From a virus (lineage: Duplodnaviria > Caudoviricetes), in the IMG/VR virus record IMGVR_UViG_3300005805_000060, positions 1 to 64,000 of that record: a stretch of DNA of 64,000 nt. One strand, 5' to 3'. The notes under the pieces are model-generated. The model saw nothing but the letters and a program-made list of their open reading frames with translations, was not told where the DNA came from and ran no database searches. Both the position numbers and the translations under genes were made by a program. Below are positions 17,642 through 27,745 of the stretch, piece after piece. The first letter of the stretch is position 1. Each line of letters opens with the position of its first letter.

Positions 17642-19522
17642 TTAAGGGTTATTACGAGCTCGATTTTGCACTGTAAAATCAAATCTGTTCACGGCTTTGG
17701 CATACCCTGCAGGGGTAGCAAATACCCAACCCTCGTTGCCGGGCACCTGTAGATCTAGCTGCCGTTGCAGGTCCATCTTGAGATCATGCAGCAACAGGAA
17801 CAGCGTGAATGCAGCGGCCATGCCCTCAGTGTTGCTCCGGGGACTCTGCAGGTATTCTATGATGTTGTTGAATTTCCGAGGGGTAACTTTGGTTTGCAAC
17901 CACTGACCAAATTCGGGCAAGAGATTGTCAAAGCTACCTGACCCAATCTTGTGATTGATAAAATCTATGCACAACTTGGCTAGATCCGTGATCTGCTGGG
18001 TCCGTAGTTCTGCAGGATTAAACAGGGTGTCTATGGCACGACCCTTGCTGCGAGCAATACCTTTGATTTCTCGCACTAGATCTTGGCTGAGTTCAATAGG
18101 CTTGGCTGTGATGGGTTCCATGAGCAGTAGACCAGGTGCCGAGTTAAATTGCACACGGCTCAAGGGCTGACGTGGCTCACCTTGATCTGCATACATGCTG
18201 TGCATGGCCACGCCCACAGTGCTGTCGCCAATGCGTTGTCCCAGACTGCTGCGTGCCGGGATGCGATATTCCACTGTGTTGGGGCGAAACACATAGTTAC
18301 CAGCCTGCAGCGGTGGTGTATCCATGTACAGGAGATCGCCTTTGACATAGCCCCGGAAGTTTTTTGGCAATGCTTGTTCTAGCACGGGCCATAGTGTGCG
18401 ATAGACGTTGATCAGATCCGCTCGATCACCACCACGGGTGCTCTGTATCTGTGCCATCATTTCTGGACTGGTGGCCAGGCCATCATAGGTCTTGGCGTCA
18501 AACCCTGAACCGTCTGTGAGCACAAACTCGCCTGTGGCCGGTTTGCGACCAAATATGATTGCGGGTTTACCGTCCCACTTCACGGTGGCTGTTGAGCTGT
18601 CTTGGGCCACATGGTTCACAATGTCCAGTGCTGTCTTGACTCCGCGACTGCCATCACGAAACACTAGATCTTCTAGATGTTCAATTCCCTTGGCACGGCC
18701 GCCCACAGGCGCAGGTGCTGCCACGGCTTCCTGCAGCTTGGAATGTTCTACCAGGGCTGCCATGCCCTGGTTCACAATGCGGTCTCTCAAGCGAGCTAAA
18801 AAGTTCACATCGTTTTCTTTCAACACCGGTTCCTGGAGTCCTTCGCGTGCCAGATACTCACGGAAGTCGCGCAGTTTGGACTCACGATCGGGATCTTTAG
18901 CCAAGTTGGCATAGATGGTTTCTACGTTCTTGAGATCTTGTCGATCATGCCCCGACCCCAACAGCACCTGAGCCACGTAGTCAGGATCTTGCCCACCGTC
19001 TACCAGCTTGTTGGTAGTGCGACTGAACATGCCGTTGGCGCCGATCTTGAGACCTTGATGTTTGGCCACGCTGCTCATGAGTATGTTGCGGAAAACACCC
19101 TTGTAGGCAGAATTTTCTCCGCCTGCATAAAAAAATGTTCCCCAGTCTAGATTGGGGAAGAACATGAAGTCGGTCTGCACATGGCCCTGGGCCGGGTCAC
19201 CACCAATGGCAGTTCGGAAATGAACTTCTCCGGCCTTGCGCACATATTCTCTGGGGTCCAGTTTGTTTTTCTGTGCCCATGCCGTGAGCCGTGCTGCCAG
19301 TTCTTCCTTGGTGATCTGATTGCTGTCCACAGCCAGGTCAAGATCGCCCGAAGTGGGGGCTCGACCGGTACTGCCCAGCCAACGATCTTGAGGGAACCGG
19401 ATTCCAGTCACAGTCTGTATGAACCGAATCGTGGCCGGCACTGCGGCTCGGTCAATGCGTTGAGTCAAGGGGTTGCCATTGGCACCTTTGAATACGTTGC
19501 CACCTTCGAACAAGTTGATCAT
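17642..19522 (-). CDS. Pol-beta-type nucleotidyltransferase fused to a KxDG (DUF6267-like) domain
   Basis: LGSTG...SGDLDLAV plus VQTDFM in the N-domain; HLEDL...TVKWDGKPA in the C-domain. Confidence 0.7.
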   Translation of the reverse strand: MINLFEGGNVFKGANGNPLTQRIDRAAVPATIRFIQTVTGIRFPQDRWLGSTGRAPTSGDLDLAVDSNQITKEELAARLTAWAQKNKLDPREYVRKAGEVHFRTAIGGDPAQGHVQTDFMFFPNLDWGTFFYAGGENSAYKGVFRNILMSSVAKHQGLKIGANGMFSRTTNKLVDGGQDPDYVAQVLLGSGHDRQDLKNVETIYANLAKDPDRESKLRDFREYLAREGLQEPVLKENDVNFLARLRDRIVNQGMAALVEHSKLQEAVAAPAPVGGRAKGIEHLEDLVFRDGSRGVKTALDIVNHVAQDSSTATVKWDGKPAIIFGRKPATGEFVLTDGSGFDAKTYDGLATSPEMMAQIQSTRGGDRADLINVYRTLWPVLEQALPKNFRGYVKGDLLYMDTPPLQAGNYVFRPNTVEYRIPARSSLGQRIGDSTVGVAMHSMYADQGEPRQPLSRVQFNSAPGLLLMEPITAKPIELSQDLVREIKGIARSKGRAIDTLFNPAELRTQQITDLAKLCIDFINHKIGSGSFDNLLPEFGQWLQTKVTPRKFNNIIEYLQSPRSNTEGMAAAFTLFLLLHDLKMDLQRQLDLQVPGNEGWVFATPAGYAKAVNRFDFTVQNRARNNP

Positions 19523-20280
19523 TTTACTGTGATTCCCTGAGCTTTGAGAGCAGCTATGTGTTGTGAATTGGAATAATTTACTTTTTCGCCATTGATAAAA
19601 TACTGGTTGGTCTTGGGATCCACGGTGATTTTGTCCGCGCCAGGCGCTACATCCGTTGCTGCCTGGTCGCCTTTGAATATGGCCTGGCTGGCGATATAAT
19701 ATAGGCCGGACACAAAATTCGCAAATACTTCAGGGCTGCTGGCTGCTCGATCTGGATTGGCTACCAACTGCCTAGATATATTTTGCACAGTTTGCTTGTT
19801 CTTCATGGTCAGGGCCTGCGCCGCAGGATCAGTCTGACCAATTCGATCTGCTAGATCTTCTGCTTGCTGTAGGGTCTGAATTCGATTATTGGTTAAAGTT
19901 TTGATCAAGCCATCGACCATTCGAGTGACCACTTCCTGGCGCTTGCCCGACGGTAAGTCATTGGCATTTAGAACGCCAAACGCTCCCGGAGTTCCAGGTA
20001 CAGGTTCACGAGCTTGGAGAGCCAGCATTTCTTGATTGAAACTGGCCTGTGTCTGCGCTGCCAGTTGCTTGACCAAGGGGGCCGACATCTGTTGCGCTTG
20101 CATCTGCCGGTCTGCAGGAGTGACACTTTTACCTAAACCCTGATATTGTGAGGGATCTACTCCAAAGACCTTTTGTGTCAGTGCCCCACCCAACGCACGG
20201 CCAAATACTCCGGCTTTGGCTGCAAAACTGCCTGGAACTGCTTCTCTCATTAACGGTTGTGTAACTTCAAATATCTTCAT
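19519..20280 (-). CDS. Hypothetical protein, probable head-internal protein (MKIFEV)
   Basis: Same first six residues as 14681..15022. Confidence 0.6.
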   Translation of the reverse strand: MKIFEVTQPLMREAVPGSFAAKAGVFGRALGGALTQKVFGVDPSQYQGLGKSVTPADRQMQAQQMSAPLVKQLAAQTQASFNQEMLALQAREPVPGTPGAFGVLNANDLPSGKRQEVVTRMVDGLIKTLTNNRIQTLQQAEDLADRIGQTDPAAQALTMKNKQTVQNISRQLVANPDRAASSPEVFANFVSGLYYIASQAIFKGDQAATDVAPGADKITVDPKTNQYFINGEKVNYSNSQHIAALKAQGITVK

Positions 20281-20515
20281 GGGTTCTCCTCACGCTACGA
20301 GCAAACTTGGCAGCATCCTTGCTGCGTATAGCATTGAGCAGTTTGCGGGTGAGATTTTCTGCCTGGTCTGGAGAATACATGGTCTCAATCTGTTCGATCA
20401 AGCGAATCGCGCTGGCAATCACATGAGTGGCGCGAGATTCTATCACTAGATTTGGATCTCGTTCGGCATAGAGCGCGTCAAGTTCATCTAGGATACTGCG
20501 AGTTTTCTTTTGCAT
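20267..20515 (-). CDS. Conserved hypothetical protein
   Basis: 82 aa; TAAATA upstream. Confidence 0.6.
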   Translation of the reverse strand: MQKKTRSILDELDALYAERDPNLVIESRATHVIASAIRLIEQIETMYSPDQAENLTRKLLNAIRSKDAAKFARSVRRTHEDI

Positions 20516-20586
20516 GTCAACAGGCCTTTGGATTATTTAGCCAGACTGGGGTTTGAATAAATATCAAATCAAGCAAGGGATACATA

Positions 20587-21516
20587 ATGACCAGCCAGAT
20601 CAACCCCAACAACATTGACGGTAATTACCCCGTGGCCGGAGTGCCCAATAACACCCAGGGCATGCGGGATAATTTTACCAATACCAAAACCAATTTCCAG
20701 TATGCAGCTGACGAAATATCTGAGCTGCAGGTCCGGGGAGTGTTCAAAGCCGCGCTCACAGGCACCACGCTGGACAACAACATGAGCGACAATCTGATCT
20801 ATGCGGTCAAACTTAGAGACATGAGCTGGACCTACATCCCCATCACGGCCACTTCGGGATCGGTTGCCGTAGACTACAGTGCAGGACAATATCAGAGCCT
20901 TAATCCCACAGGCAACGTGAGCTTGAGTTTCACCAACTGGCCTGTGTCAGGTTCAGCAGGAGACCTGTATTTCAATGTGATCGTAAGCAATGTGGCCTAT
21001 ACCTTGACCTTGCCCGCTGCGGTAAGCCTGGGCATCGTAGGCATACAGGGCATCAGCAGCAACGTGATCACGTTCGCTGCCACAGGCACCTATCAGTTTC
21101 GTTTCCAAACTACTGATGGCGGTACTACTATCATGGTACAAGACATCAATCGTCCCCTACTAGGCAGTCTTGGATCTGCTGTGGGTTACTCCGTAGGAGC
21201 CGGTGGTACTGCCACTCAGGCCACTGACAAGAGCACCGCAGTCACTGTGGATGCTCGCTGTGGTCAGATCACAACCAATAGTGCCACTTTGAACGCCGGG
21301 GTTGAGGTCAGCTTTACACTCAACAACAGTTATATCGCAGCCACCGACGTGGTCTACGTGTGCATTGCTTCGGGAGCCACAGCAGGTGCTTACAATGTTC
21401 AAGTGGATGCTGTGGCTGCGGGCAGTTGCCGTATCAGTATTGGTAACATGAGCGCTGGTAATCTCGGACAAGCCTTGGTCTTGAACTTTGTGGTAATCAA
21501 ATCCGTGGCGTCATGA
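20587..21516 (+). CDS. Putative virion structural protein
   Basis: TAAATA at about 20558 and AGGGA SD; T/S/A/G-rich beta-sandwich-like sequence. Confidence 0.65.
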   Translation: MTSQINPNNIDGNYPVAGVPNNTQGMRDNFTNTKTNFQYAADEISELQVRGVFKAALTGTTLDNNMSDNLIYAVKLRDMSWTYIPITATSGSVAVDYSAGQYQSLNPTGNVSLSFTNWPVSGSAGDLYFNVIVSNVAYTLTLPAAVSLGIVGIQGISSNVITFAATGTYQFRFQTTDGGTTIMVQDINRPLLGSLGSAVGYSVGAGGTATQATDKSTAVTVDARCGQITTNSATLNAGVEVSFTLNNSYIAATDVVYVCIASGATAGAYNVQVDAVAAGSCRISIGNMSAGNLGQALVLNFVVIKSVAS

Positions 21517-22917
21517 TGCTGTTTTGATATTGGCCAGCAGTTGCTTGAGCTTGCTGCTCTGCACTTCGGCAGTGACACGGGCTGTATCTTCCTGTATCTC
21601 GCCGGTGTTAGGGTCTACAGATATGCTAGCAGTGGCCTTGATACGATTCATGATATCGCTGGATCGACTGGTGCCGACCGAGGCTGCCTGTTCACCAAGA
21701 TCGCGGATTCTAAGACTGTCAATGTCAAATTCCAATTCTACCTTTTGACCCACACCTGAACTGGAACGAGTTTTCATCAGTTGCAATTGATACCGACCGC
21801 GCTCTTTCATGGCCCGGCTGGTGAAGATGCCAAACACGTTGTCTGCTGTGTTGATCTTTGAAATACCGCCCGATATGTGGCTGTGATCAAATTCAATTTC
21901 TTCCACGGCTGCACGATTTAACTGTGAAGCTGTGACAAATATGATATTGAGTTCCTTGGCTAGATTGCGTAATTCTTCACTCACATACTTGTCTTTCACA
22001 AACAAGTCATTGGGAGATACCTTGGCGCTCACAGGCATCAGGAGATCTAGATAGTCCACACAAAGAAAGTCGGCTTTTAGTCCAGTCTGGATATGCAATT
22101 CTTTGAGATAGGCTCGAATATCGTTCACAGTGCTCTGTGCAGGCATGTACTTGATCCTGAGCTGTCCGGCTTTCTTTTGCAGCATCTTGACCTTCATCTC
22201 CACAGTGTCAAGTTCACGAAAGATATCCTTGGCTGCGGTATCAGTCATCATGCTATCAATTCGATAGCTACACAAGCCTTCGCTCAGTTCCAGTGTGATA
22301 TACACACCATTGAGTCCGGCCTGACTCCAATTCACTGACAAATTCTGCATGAACAGGCTCTTGCCTGAGCCTGATCCGCCTGCAAAAATCTGTAGCTCAC
22401 CGCGATTGAATCCACCATACAACAAGCGATCTAGGGTAGGCCAACCTGTGCTGTTCTGCCCGTTGTTGCTCTTGAGCGCCATGAGTCGAGCTCGAGGATC
22501 GGCAAAATAATCAGTGCCCATGTCCTTGGTCAGACTGATCTGCACCGCATCCTTGATCAACTTTTCCACGGGATCATATTCGCCCTTTTCCAAGAGATCT
22601 GCTGATTTGAGAATGGCTCGTTCCAGTTCCTGTCGGCGAGTAAATGCTTCAAACTCCTCCATGAACCAGTCAAAGTGACCCTCATTGAGGTCTGCAATGG
22701 ACTCTAGACGTATACCTGTGGCTGCCTGTATCTGTGCTCGGTCCGGTAGAGTCTTGTGACGATCAGAATGCTCTTTGATAAATTCAGCAGCGGGCCTCAG
22801 CGCACGATCAAAGTTCTCGGGATTGTAGATGTTCTGTACCCGGATGTAGCTCTGGGCATCTTCCAGCATCATCTCCAGGAACAGACGCTGCACGTCAATA
22901 TTATAGTCTTTGAGCAA
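21511..22917 (-). CDS. dnaB: Replicative DnaB-family helicase (T4 gp41-like)
   Basis: GGSGSGKS Walker A, ITLELSE, VDYLDLL, TASQLNR and KTR motifs. Confidence 0.95.
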   Translation of the reverse strand: MLKDYNIDVQRLFLEMMLEDAQSYIRVQNIYNPENFDRALRPAAEFIKEHSDRHKTLPDRAQIQAATGIRLESIADLNEGHFDWFMEEFEAFTRRQELERAILKSADLLEKGEYDPVEKLIKDAVQISLTKDMGTDYFADPRARLMALKSNNGQNSTGWPTLDRLLYGGFNRGELQIFAGGSGSGKSLFMQNLSVNWSQAGLNGVYITLELSEGLCSYRIDSMMTDTAAKDIFRELDTVEMKVKMLQKKAGQLRIKYMPAQSTVNDIRAYLKELHIQTGLKADFLCVDYLDLLMPVSAKVSPNDLFVKDKYVSEELRNLAKELNIIFVTASQLNRAAVEEIEFDHSHISGGISKINTADNVFGIFTSRAMKERGRYQLQLMKTRSSSGVGQKVELEFDIDSLRIRDLGEQAASVGTSRSSDIMNRIKATASISVDPNTGEIQEDTARVTAEVQSSKLKQLLANIKTAS

Positions 22918-23875
22918 GTTTCTTCTTCCTTAGTTCAATTTTGACTCTGCTGGTTTCTCGGCTCTGCATGATAGTTAGTAGGGCGCCTAGACGTCCATAA
23001 CGGATCACGGCATCGTTGACATCTTTGATTCCTGATTCCCAGCTGGGCATGCTCACTGCCCAGCCCAGTTCTAGTGCTCGATCTACCAGACGCAGGCCTG
23101 CCTGATCTTGATCAGGCACCACAGTGATTTCACGAGCCAGGGCTCGTATCAATTGAGCTTGTCCATTTGAAATATCGGCGTGTAACACTGCCATGCCATT
23201 GATGCTGAGAGCATCAAACACACCTTCCACGACCAACACATGCTGCCATTGAGGCTGCTGTAGGTCCCAGCCAAACACATAATCTGGTTGTGTTTCACTG
23301 AGGTATTTGGGCCTGCGGCTGTCTAGGAATCGCATGGTATGCCCCACTATCTGACCGTCATGTGTAAATGGTATCAAGACATGTGGTCGGGTGTGCTCGC
23401 TGCACTGTACCATGTAGGGATAATCTAGACGAATCCCGCGACGTTGAAGATAGTTCCACTGTTCAGGAAACTGTTCAGCTGTGACCAGTTGTAGGTTACC
23501 GGGAAGGTCTGTTTCTTCAAATTCTGGAACTTGACTCAAGCGATTCCATATCACTTGGCGTTCTGCAATCAGCCCCTCCATGCTGCGGTGTCGCATGCTG
23601 TCAAGATTGATACGTTCAATCTCTTGCGATGGAACCCCTAGCCAGCCTAGTAGACGCCGGGCCTTGAGACTGAGATTGCGTCCCAAACGGAAACTGGCTG
23701 TGAATCCGCAGTTGAAGCAGTTATACCTCCAGCCATCTGTACTGGGGTTGAATCCACCGCGCTGTCGTCGATCGGCATTTTCCCCGTTGTGTACACAACA
23801 GGGAGCATTGAACGAAATCCAGCCTGATGCTGTGCTTTTGCGTCGGCTTGGCAGATAAGAAACAATGTCAATCAC
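22901..23875 (-). CDS. dnaG: DNA primase (gp61/DnaG-like; Zn finger plus TOPRIM)
   Basis: CCVH...CFNCG zinc site, VVEGVFDA and VPDQDQAG; probable GTG start at 23875. Confidence 0.9.
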   Translation of the reverse strand: MIDIVSYLPSRRKSTASGWISFNAPCCVHNGENADRRQRGGFNPSTDGWRYNCFNCGFTASFRLGRNLSLKARRLLGWLGVPSQEIERINLDSMRHRSMEGLIAERQVIWNRLSQVPEFEETDLPGNLQLVTAEQFPEQWNYLQRRGIRLDYPYMVQCSEHTRPHVLIPFTHDGQIVGHTMRFLDSRRPKYLSETQPDYVFGWDLQQPQWQHVLVVEGVFDALSINGMAVLHADISNGQAQLIRALAREITVVPDQDQAGLRLVDRALELGWAVSMPSWESGIKDVNDAVIRYGRLGALLTIMQSRETSRVKIELRKKKLAQRL

Positions 23876-24615
23876 TCGCCTAGTATAACACAATCTATCT
23901 CAGCAATCAATCGATCACGGATGATTTCGTGGCCTTTTTCATTGGGGTGCCCCCCAGATTTGTAATAGCGCCGATCTTGGTTGTCAGGACGATTCAGGAA
24001 GTAACGACAGAAGTTTTGATCAGGCCAGATCAAAGTGGGAGTTGGCACTGGCGGAATAGATTGGGGTTGGGCCACGTGAAACTGCAACAATGGTATACTG
24101 TTCCTGGCGCTTACCCCGTCAAACAACAGTGCAGCCTGGAGGTGATTATAGTGGCTGAGTTCAGGACATACTGAGTAGGCCATCTGTTGTTTGCACATGG
24201 TACGAAAATGACCGGGCGCAGGACCGTTGTCATTTTCAACCCAGGTGCTGTGTACGAACTTGTTCCAGGGCGGATCGTTTAAAACACGCCGATGCTCGGG
24301 ATTGTAGTGGCTGAATCGATCTGAATCAGTAAGTCCGATCAACACCAAACTGTCCTGATGTTGTTCACGATTCTGCAACCACCAGAGAAATGTCCAGATA
24401 GTGCTCTGCAGACTGCCGCCTGGTATGCCAAAATTTTCCACTGGCACCCCGTAATGCCGCCCTAGTAGGCCCACAAAACAATGAGATTCACGATAATCAC
24501 TATTTTGCGCCCAGGAGCAGTGCGCATCAAACTCTTTTGCAGCAAGCACAGGATCCAACAGCTCGTCGCCATAGATCCAGCTATCGCCAAACGCCACGAT
24601 AGAGTTGAATTTCAT
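23872..24615 (-). CDS. SGNH/GDSL hydrolase-like protein
   Basis: FGDSW block I and GHPNEKGH block V. Confidence 0.75.
   Translation of the reverse strand: MKFNSIVAFGDSWIYGDELLDPVLAAKEFDAHCSWAQNSDYRESHCFVGLLGRHYGVPVENFGIPGGSLQSTIWTFLWWLQNREQHQDSLVLIGLTDSDRFSHYNPEHRRVLNDPPWNKFVHSTWVENDNGPAPGHFRTMCKQQMAYSVCPELSHYNHLQAALLFDGVSARNSIPLLQFHVAQPQSIPPVPTPTLIWPDQNFCRYFLNRPDNQDRRYYKSGGHPNEKGHEIIRDRLIAEIDCVILGE
23882..23910 (-). promoter_or_regulatory. Sigma70-type promoter TTGATT-17-TATACT
   Basis: -10 ends 6 nt before the primase GTG. Confidence 0.6.
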
Positions 24616-25685
24616 CGGTATTGAAGGTCAGTTATGGCACCAGTGGTGATCAGAACCGTGGCACGCTGGCTGCTCTGCTCTTGTATGGGTGTGTATCCTG
24701 ATCCACCTGATGTAAGAGTGATAGTGCCAATACTACCATCTAGGCCCACTGTGGCCACTGCTTTGGCACCGGCACCATTGCCTAGTATCTGTATACGGGG
24801 TGGCGCTATGTACCCTGAGCCTCGGTTGTTGATTGCGATGCCGGTGACCACTCCTTCAGGCGACACCTGGGCAGTGGCTGATGCCCCATAGCCCTGGCTG
24901 CTGTTGAAACAGGCTCGCAACAGGGGATAGAACCCCACCACATTGAAATACTGTGTGCTGGTTTCATCCAAGAAATTCCAGTTTTGTGTGACATCGTACC
25001 ATACCGACTGATAGTCCTGAGCTGCCTGAAATTTCACGGTACCGGTATAGTGATCCATGTCCATCTTGATGGTGGTGAGATTCTGTTGACTCGAATCGAT
25101 ATTGCTGCTGTAGAATTCGGTCATTTGAATCGCGTTCTGGGGCTGTGGATCGAGCGCCCAATCAGGCCAGTTGGTGGGACCTGAGGCCATCTGTTTGCCT
25201 TTGCCGTACACTGTGGGTATGGTCAAGGGAAAACTGGGCACGAACTCAGGCAAAACTGAATCAACAATGTTACAGTCGGCGCGAGCTTGGCTGTTGGCGT
25301 CTACCAGCACGGCCTGCACATAGTTTCCGGCTGCTCTTTGTATGCTGTAACTTGCAGGCTGAGCCACCCAAGACCAAGTTTCTTCAGCTGAAATCACAGC
25401 CTTGGCTCGACCCACCGATGCTGCCAGGATCTCCATGGGCTTTTCGATCAGCAAGCGATCACCGTTCTGGCTGAGCAAGCGGAACACGAATGAACTGCCC
25501 GTGATGTTGACTGGCTTTTGGTCTTGATTTATGAACTCAAACAAGAGCACATTGTCCACGCCCTTGTTAATGGTTAGACTTTTGGCATACACTAGGCTAT
25601 ACCTCATGTTGAAGTATCCACCGCTGGTATCTACAAGTAAAACTCGAGTAATATTTTGGTATATATACGCAGTCGTCGAATACAT
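24612..25685 (-). CDS. Putative baseplate/tail structural protein
   Basis: C-terminal GSGY...P.I.I.GNGAGA repeats typical of myovirus structural proteins; TAAATA upstream. Confidence 0.6.
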   Translation of the reverse strand: MYSTTAYIYQNITRVLLVDTSGGYFNMRYSLVYAKSLTINKGVDNVLLFEFINQDQKPVNITGSSFVFRLLSQNGDRLLIEKPMEILAASVGRAKAVISAEETWSWVAQPASYSIQRAAGNYVQAVLVDANSQARADCNIVDSVLPEFVPSFPLTIPTVYGKGKQMASGPTNWPDWALDPQPQNAIQMTEFYSSNIDSSQQNLTTIKMDMDHYTGTVKFQAAQDYQSVWYDVTQNWNFLDETSTQYFNVVGFYPLLRACFNSSQGYGASATAQVSPEGVVTGIAINNRGSGYIAPPRIQILGNGAGAKAVATVGLDGSIGTITLTSGGSGYTPIQEQSSQRATVLITTGAITDLQYR

Positions 25686-25705
25686 AGGAACCTCAATATA
25701 TATTT

Positions 25706-26083
25706 ATGGGCAATACCTTGTTTGCTAAATTAGCTGAAAAATATCCTTTTATCAGCCTCTGCGTCTATGCTGATGCCGAGTATGTGGGAGTGATCCAGAA
25801 CAGGGATGATGCCGTGACCACCATCTATGATTTTGGTGTCATACAGCAACAAGTGGACAAGATACGGTATCTTGAACTGTCTGCAGTGTGGTGGTGGGAG
25901 AGCAATCGTAGCATACCCATCAATATCTTTCTGCGCAGCGAGTGGGAGCCTTTCCGCTACACTCTGCGCACTTTCAGCAACAAAGATCTAGAAATACTAC
26001 ACGGGCCGGTATGTAGTCTCATGGACATTGTGCGCAAAAAGTCAAAGCGCAAGTCGATCACGCTGGTTCGACGCATTGACTAG
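25706..26083 (+). CDS. Conserved hypothetical protein
   Basis: 125-aa plus-strand ORF filling the gap between two minus-strand genes. Confidence 0.65.
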   Translation: MGNTLFAKLAEKYPFISLCVYADAEYVGVIQNRDDAVTTIYDFGVIQQQVDKIRYLELSAVWWWESNRSIPINIFLRSEWEPFRYTLRTFSNKDLEILHGPVCSLMDIVRKKSKRKSITLVRRID

Positions 26084-26636
26084 ACAGTATGTTCATATGT
26101 AGTGCAACTAATGCCGCATAAGAAATTGAGTGGCTACGCTTGAACACATATCCGCGGCTGTCATCGCCGTCCCACACTGACGCAAACACTTCAGACCAGG
26201 GTCTGCCCTGTAAGTGAGCCTTGCCAGGGCGAATCACGGATATGAATGCAGCCATCCTGGGTATACTGTCGGGTCGCATACGAGTCAGGAGATCGGTATA
26301 GTTGCCCACGTGTACCAGTTGTTGTGCCCAGTCTGGATCGTTCCACAACCGGGTCCAGTCTGGCTGTTGCTGCATCAGCTGTTGATAATGCTCAGGATCG
26401 CGGATCGACTGATAAACTGTCATGTTTAGGATGTCAATCTTGAAATATCCCCTTTGTTCGGCTGTTTCATGATCTATAGCTGCACATCCCAGGAGTGGGT
26501 CCCGGGGTATGTCAGTGACATACACACCAGAATTGTGTCGACGATCGCCCTTCTGGCGGGCCGGAACATGATCAATCAGGCTCAATAGCCGTGTTCGATC
26601 AGGTACGTCGATATCGATGTCTGCACTTTTCACCAT
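26058..26636 (-). CDS. Miniature DnaE (Pol III alpha)-like polymerase core
   Basis: DIDID, HNSGVY, GYFKIDILN, RPG and FKRSHSISYA match DnaE motifs in only 192 aa. Confidence 0.8.
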   Translation of the reverse strand: MVKSADIDIDVPDRTRLLSLIDHVPARQKGDRRHNSGVYVTDIPRDPLLGCAAIDHETAEQRGYFKIDILNMTVYQSIRDPEHYQQLMQQQPDWTRLWNDPDWAQQLVHVGNYTDLLTRMRPDSIPRMAAFISVIRPGKAHLQGRPWSEVFASVWDGDDSRGYVFKRSHSISYAALVALHMNILSSQCVEPA

Positions 26637-27304
26637 CCGGCCCTTTTTAAGGTGTCTTTTACAAACTCTTGATCAGCGAGATAATCTCGAAAACGTTTCT
26701 GCCAGGCATCGGCATCAATCCAGGGCCAGATCATGGTGATTTGATCTGGCTGTAAACGACTCAGCAAGGCCTGTCCTGATTCAGAATTGTAAATCACCCA
26801 GGCACTGAGACGACCTGTAGTGACAGCATGACAAATAGAGTTGGTGCCGCCATAACGCAGACAATCATGTGGAGGTGCAGCATTGTTTTCAGCCCAGTCT
26901 AGACTCCACTCGATGGCCCGGGTCAAGGCATCATCGGCTCGTTCTCGCTTGACGTAGTCCAGCAGAAACTCCTCATACTGGCGGTCCGACGCCCAGAGAT
27001 CAATCTTGCGATTGTTTCGAAGCAGCCATTCCAGAAACTGTGTGGGATTGATCACTCGAGTGGTTACACAATACCTGCCCCACTTCACAAATGCACGGTA
27101 GTAGGGGCTGTCGCAAAAATCTTCGAACGTGCGGGTGCGCGCCGACCCTTGCGTGATCTCGTAGAAGCGTACATATGCCTGCAGACCCAGCTGCACACCG
27201 CGCTCACTGCGATCCAGTCTACGGCGCTTGGGCTCACACATGTGCACTGCGATGGTACTCTCGCGACGGAACTGGCGTTGACAAAATTCACACTGATATG
27301 TCAC
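26630..27304 (-). CDS. Hypothetical protein with N-terminal zinc finger
   Basis: CEFC...HMC motif. Confidence 0.65.
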   Translation of the reverse strand: MTYQCEFCQRQFRRESTIAVHMCEPKRRRLDRSERGVQLGLQAYVRFYEITQGSARTRTFEDFCDSPYYRAFVKWGRYCVTTRVINPTQFLEWLLRNNRKIDLWASDRQYEEFLLDYVKRERADDALTRAIEWSLDWAENNAAPPHDCLRYGGTNSICHAVTTGRLSAWVIYNSESGQALLSRLQPDQITMIWPWIDADAWQKRFRDYLADQEFVKDTLKRAGW

Positions 27305-27744
27305 CGTTGCCCCAGGTGCTCTACATGCTCGTCGATGTCTTTCTGCGTGGTGATAGCCACCAACACATCTAGTTCAGGATCATCTAGATTGGGAAACAGC
27401 TCACTCAACTGTTTACGTATCTTGCTGTCGCCTCCGGCTTTTTTCTTGAGAGCGATCCAGGAGTGTTTGAGTGCTCCCATGTCTGGGCTCACTGTGGTGG
27501 CCAATAGCCATTGCAGCTTCTTGTGCCGAGCAGTATTCACAGCAAAGAACCTGTGATTCAGTCGTTTGTTGGTGCTGAGAAGATAATATTCCTGCAGGTC
27601 TGCGTTGCCTTCCACTGTGCTGCCCCATCGTATCATGAGATAGGGGCTGAACTTCTTCTGCTGGTCGGGTTCCAGTTGATCATAGAAGTCGCGGTTCTTG
27701 CGATCAAACTGCCGCATTTCGTTCTGTATGCTGAGTGGATCCAT
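27301..27744 (-). CDS. Possible clamp-loader small subunit (gp62-like)
   Basis: FSPYLMIRW...N...KLQW...W pattern resembles gp62; replication gene context. Confidence 0.45.
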   Translation of the reverse strand: MDPLSIQNEMRQFDRKNRDFYDQLEPDQQKKFSPYLMIRWGSTVEGNADLQEYYLLSTNKRLNHRFFAVNTARHKKLQWLLATTVSPDMGALKHSWIALKKKAGGDSKIRKQLSELFPNLDDPELDVLVAITTQKDIDEHVEHLGQR

Positions 27745-27745
27745 G

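Noticed and set aside
22890-22920. TATAAT near the helicase start as a promoter
   Set aside because: It lies within the coding start and has no -35 or extended -10 at the right spacing.
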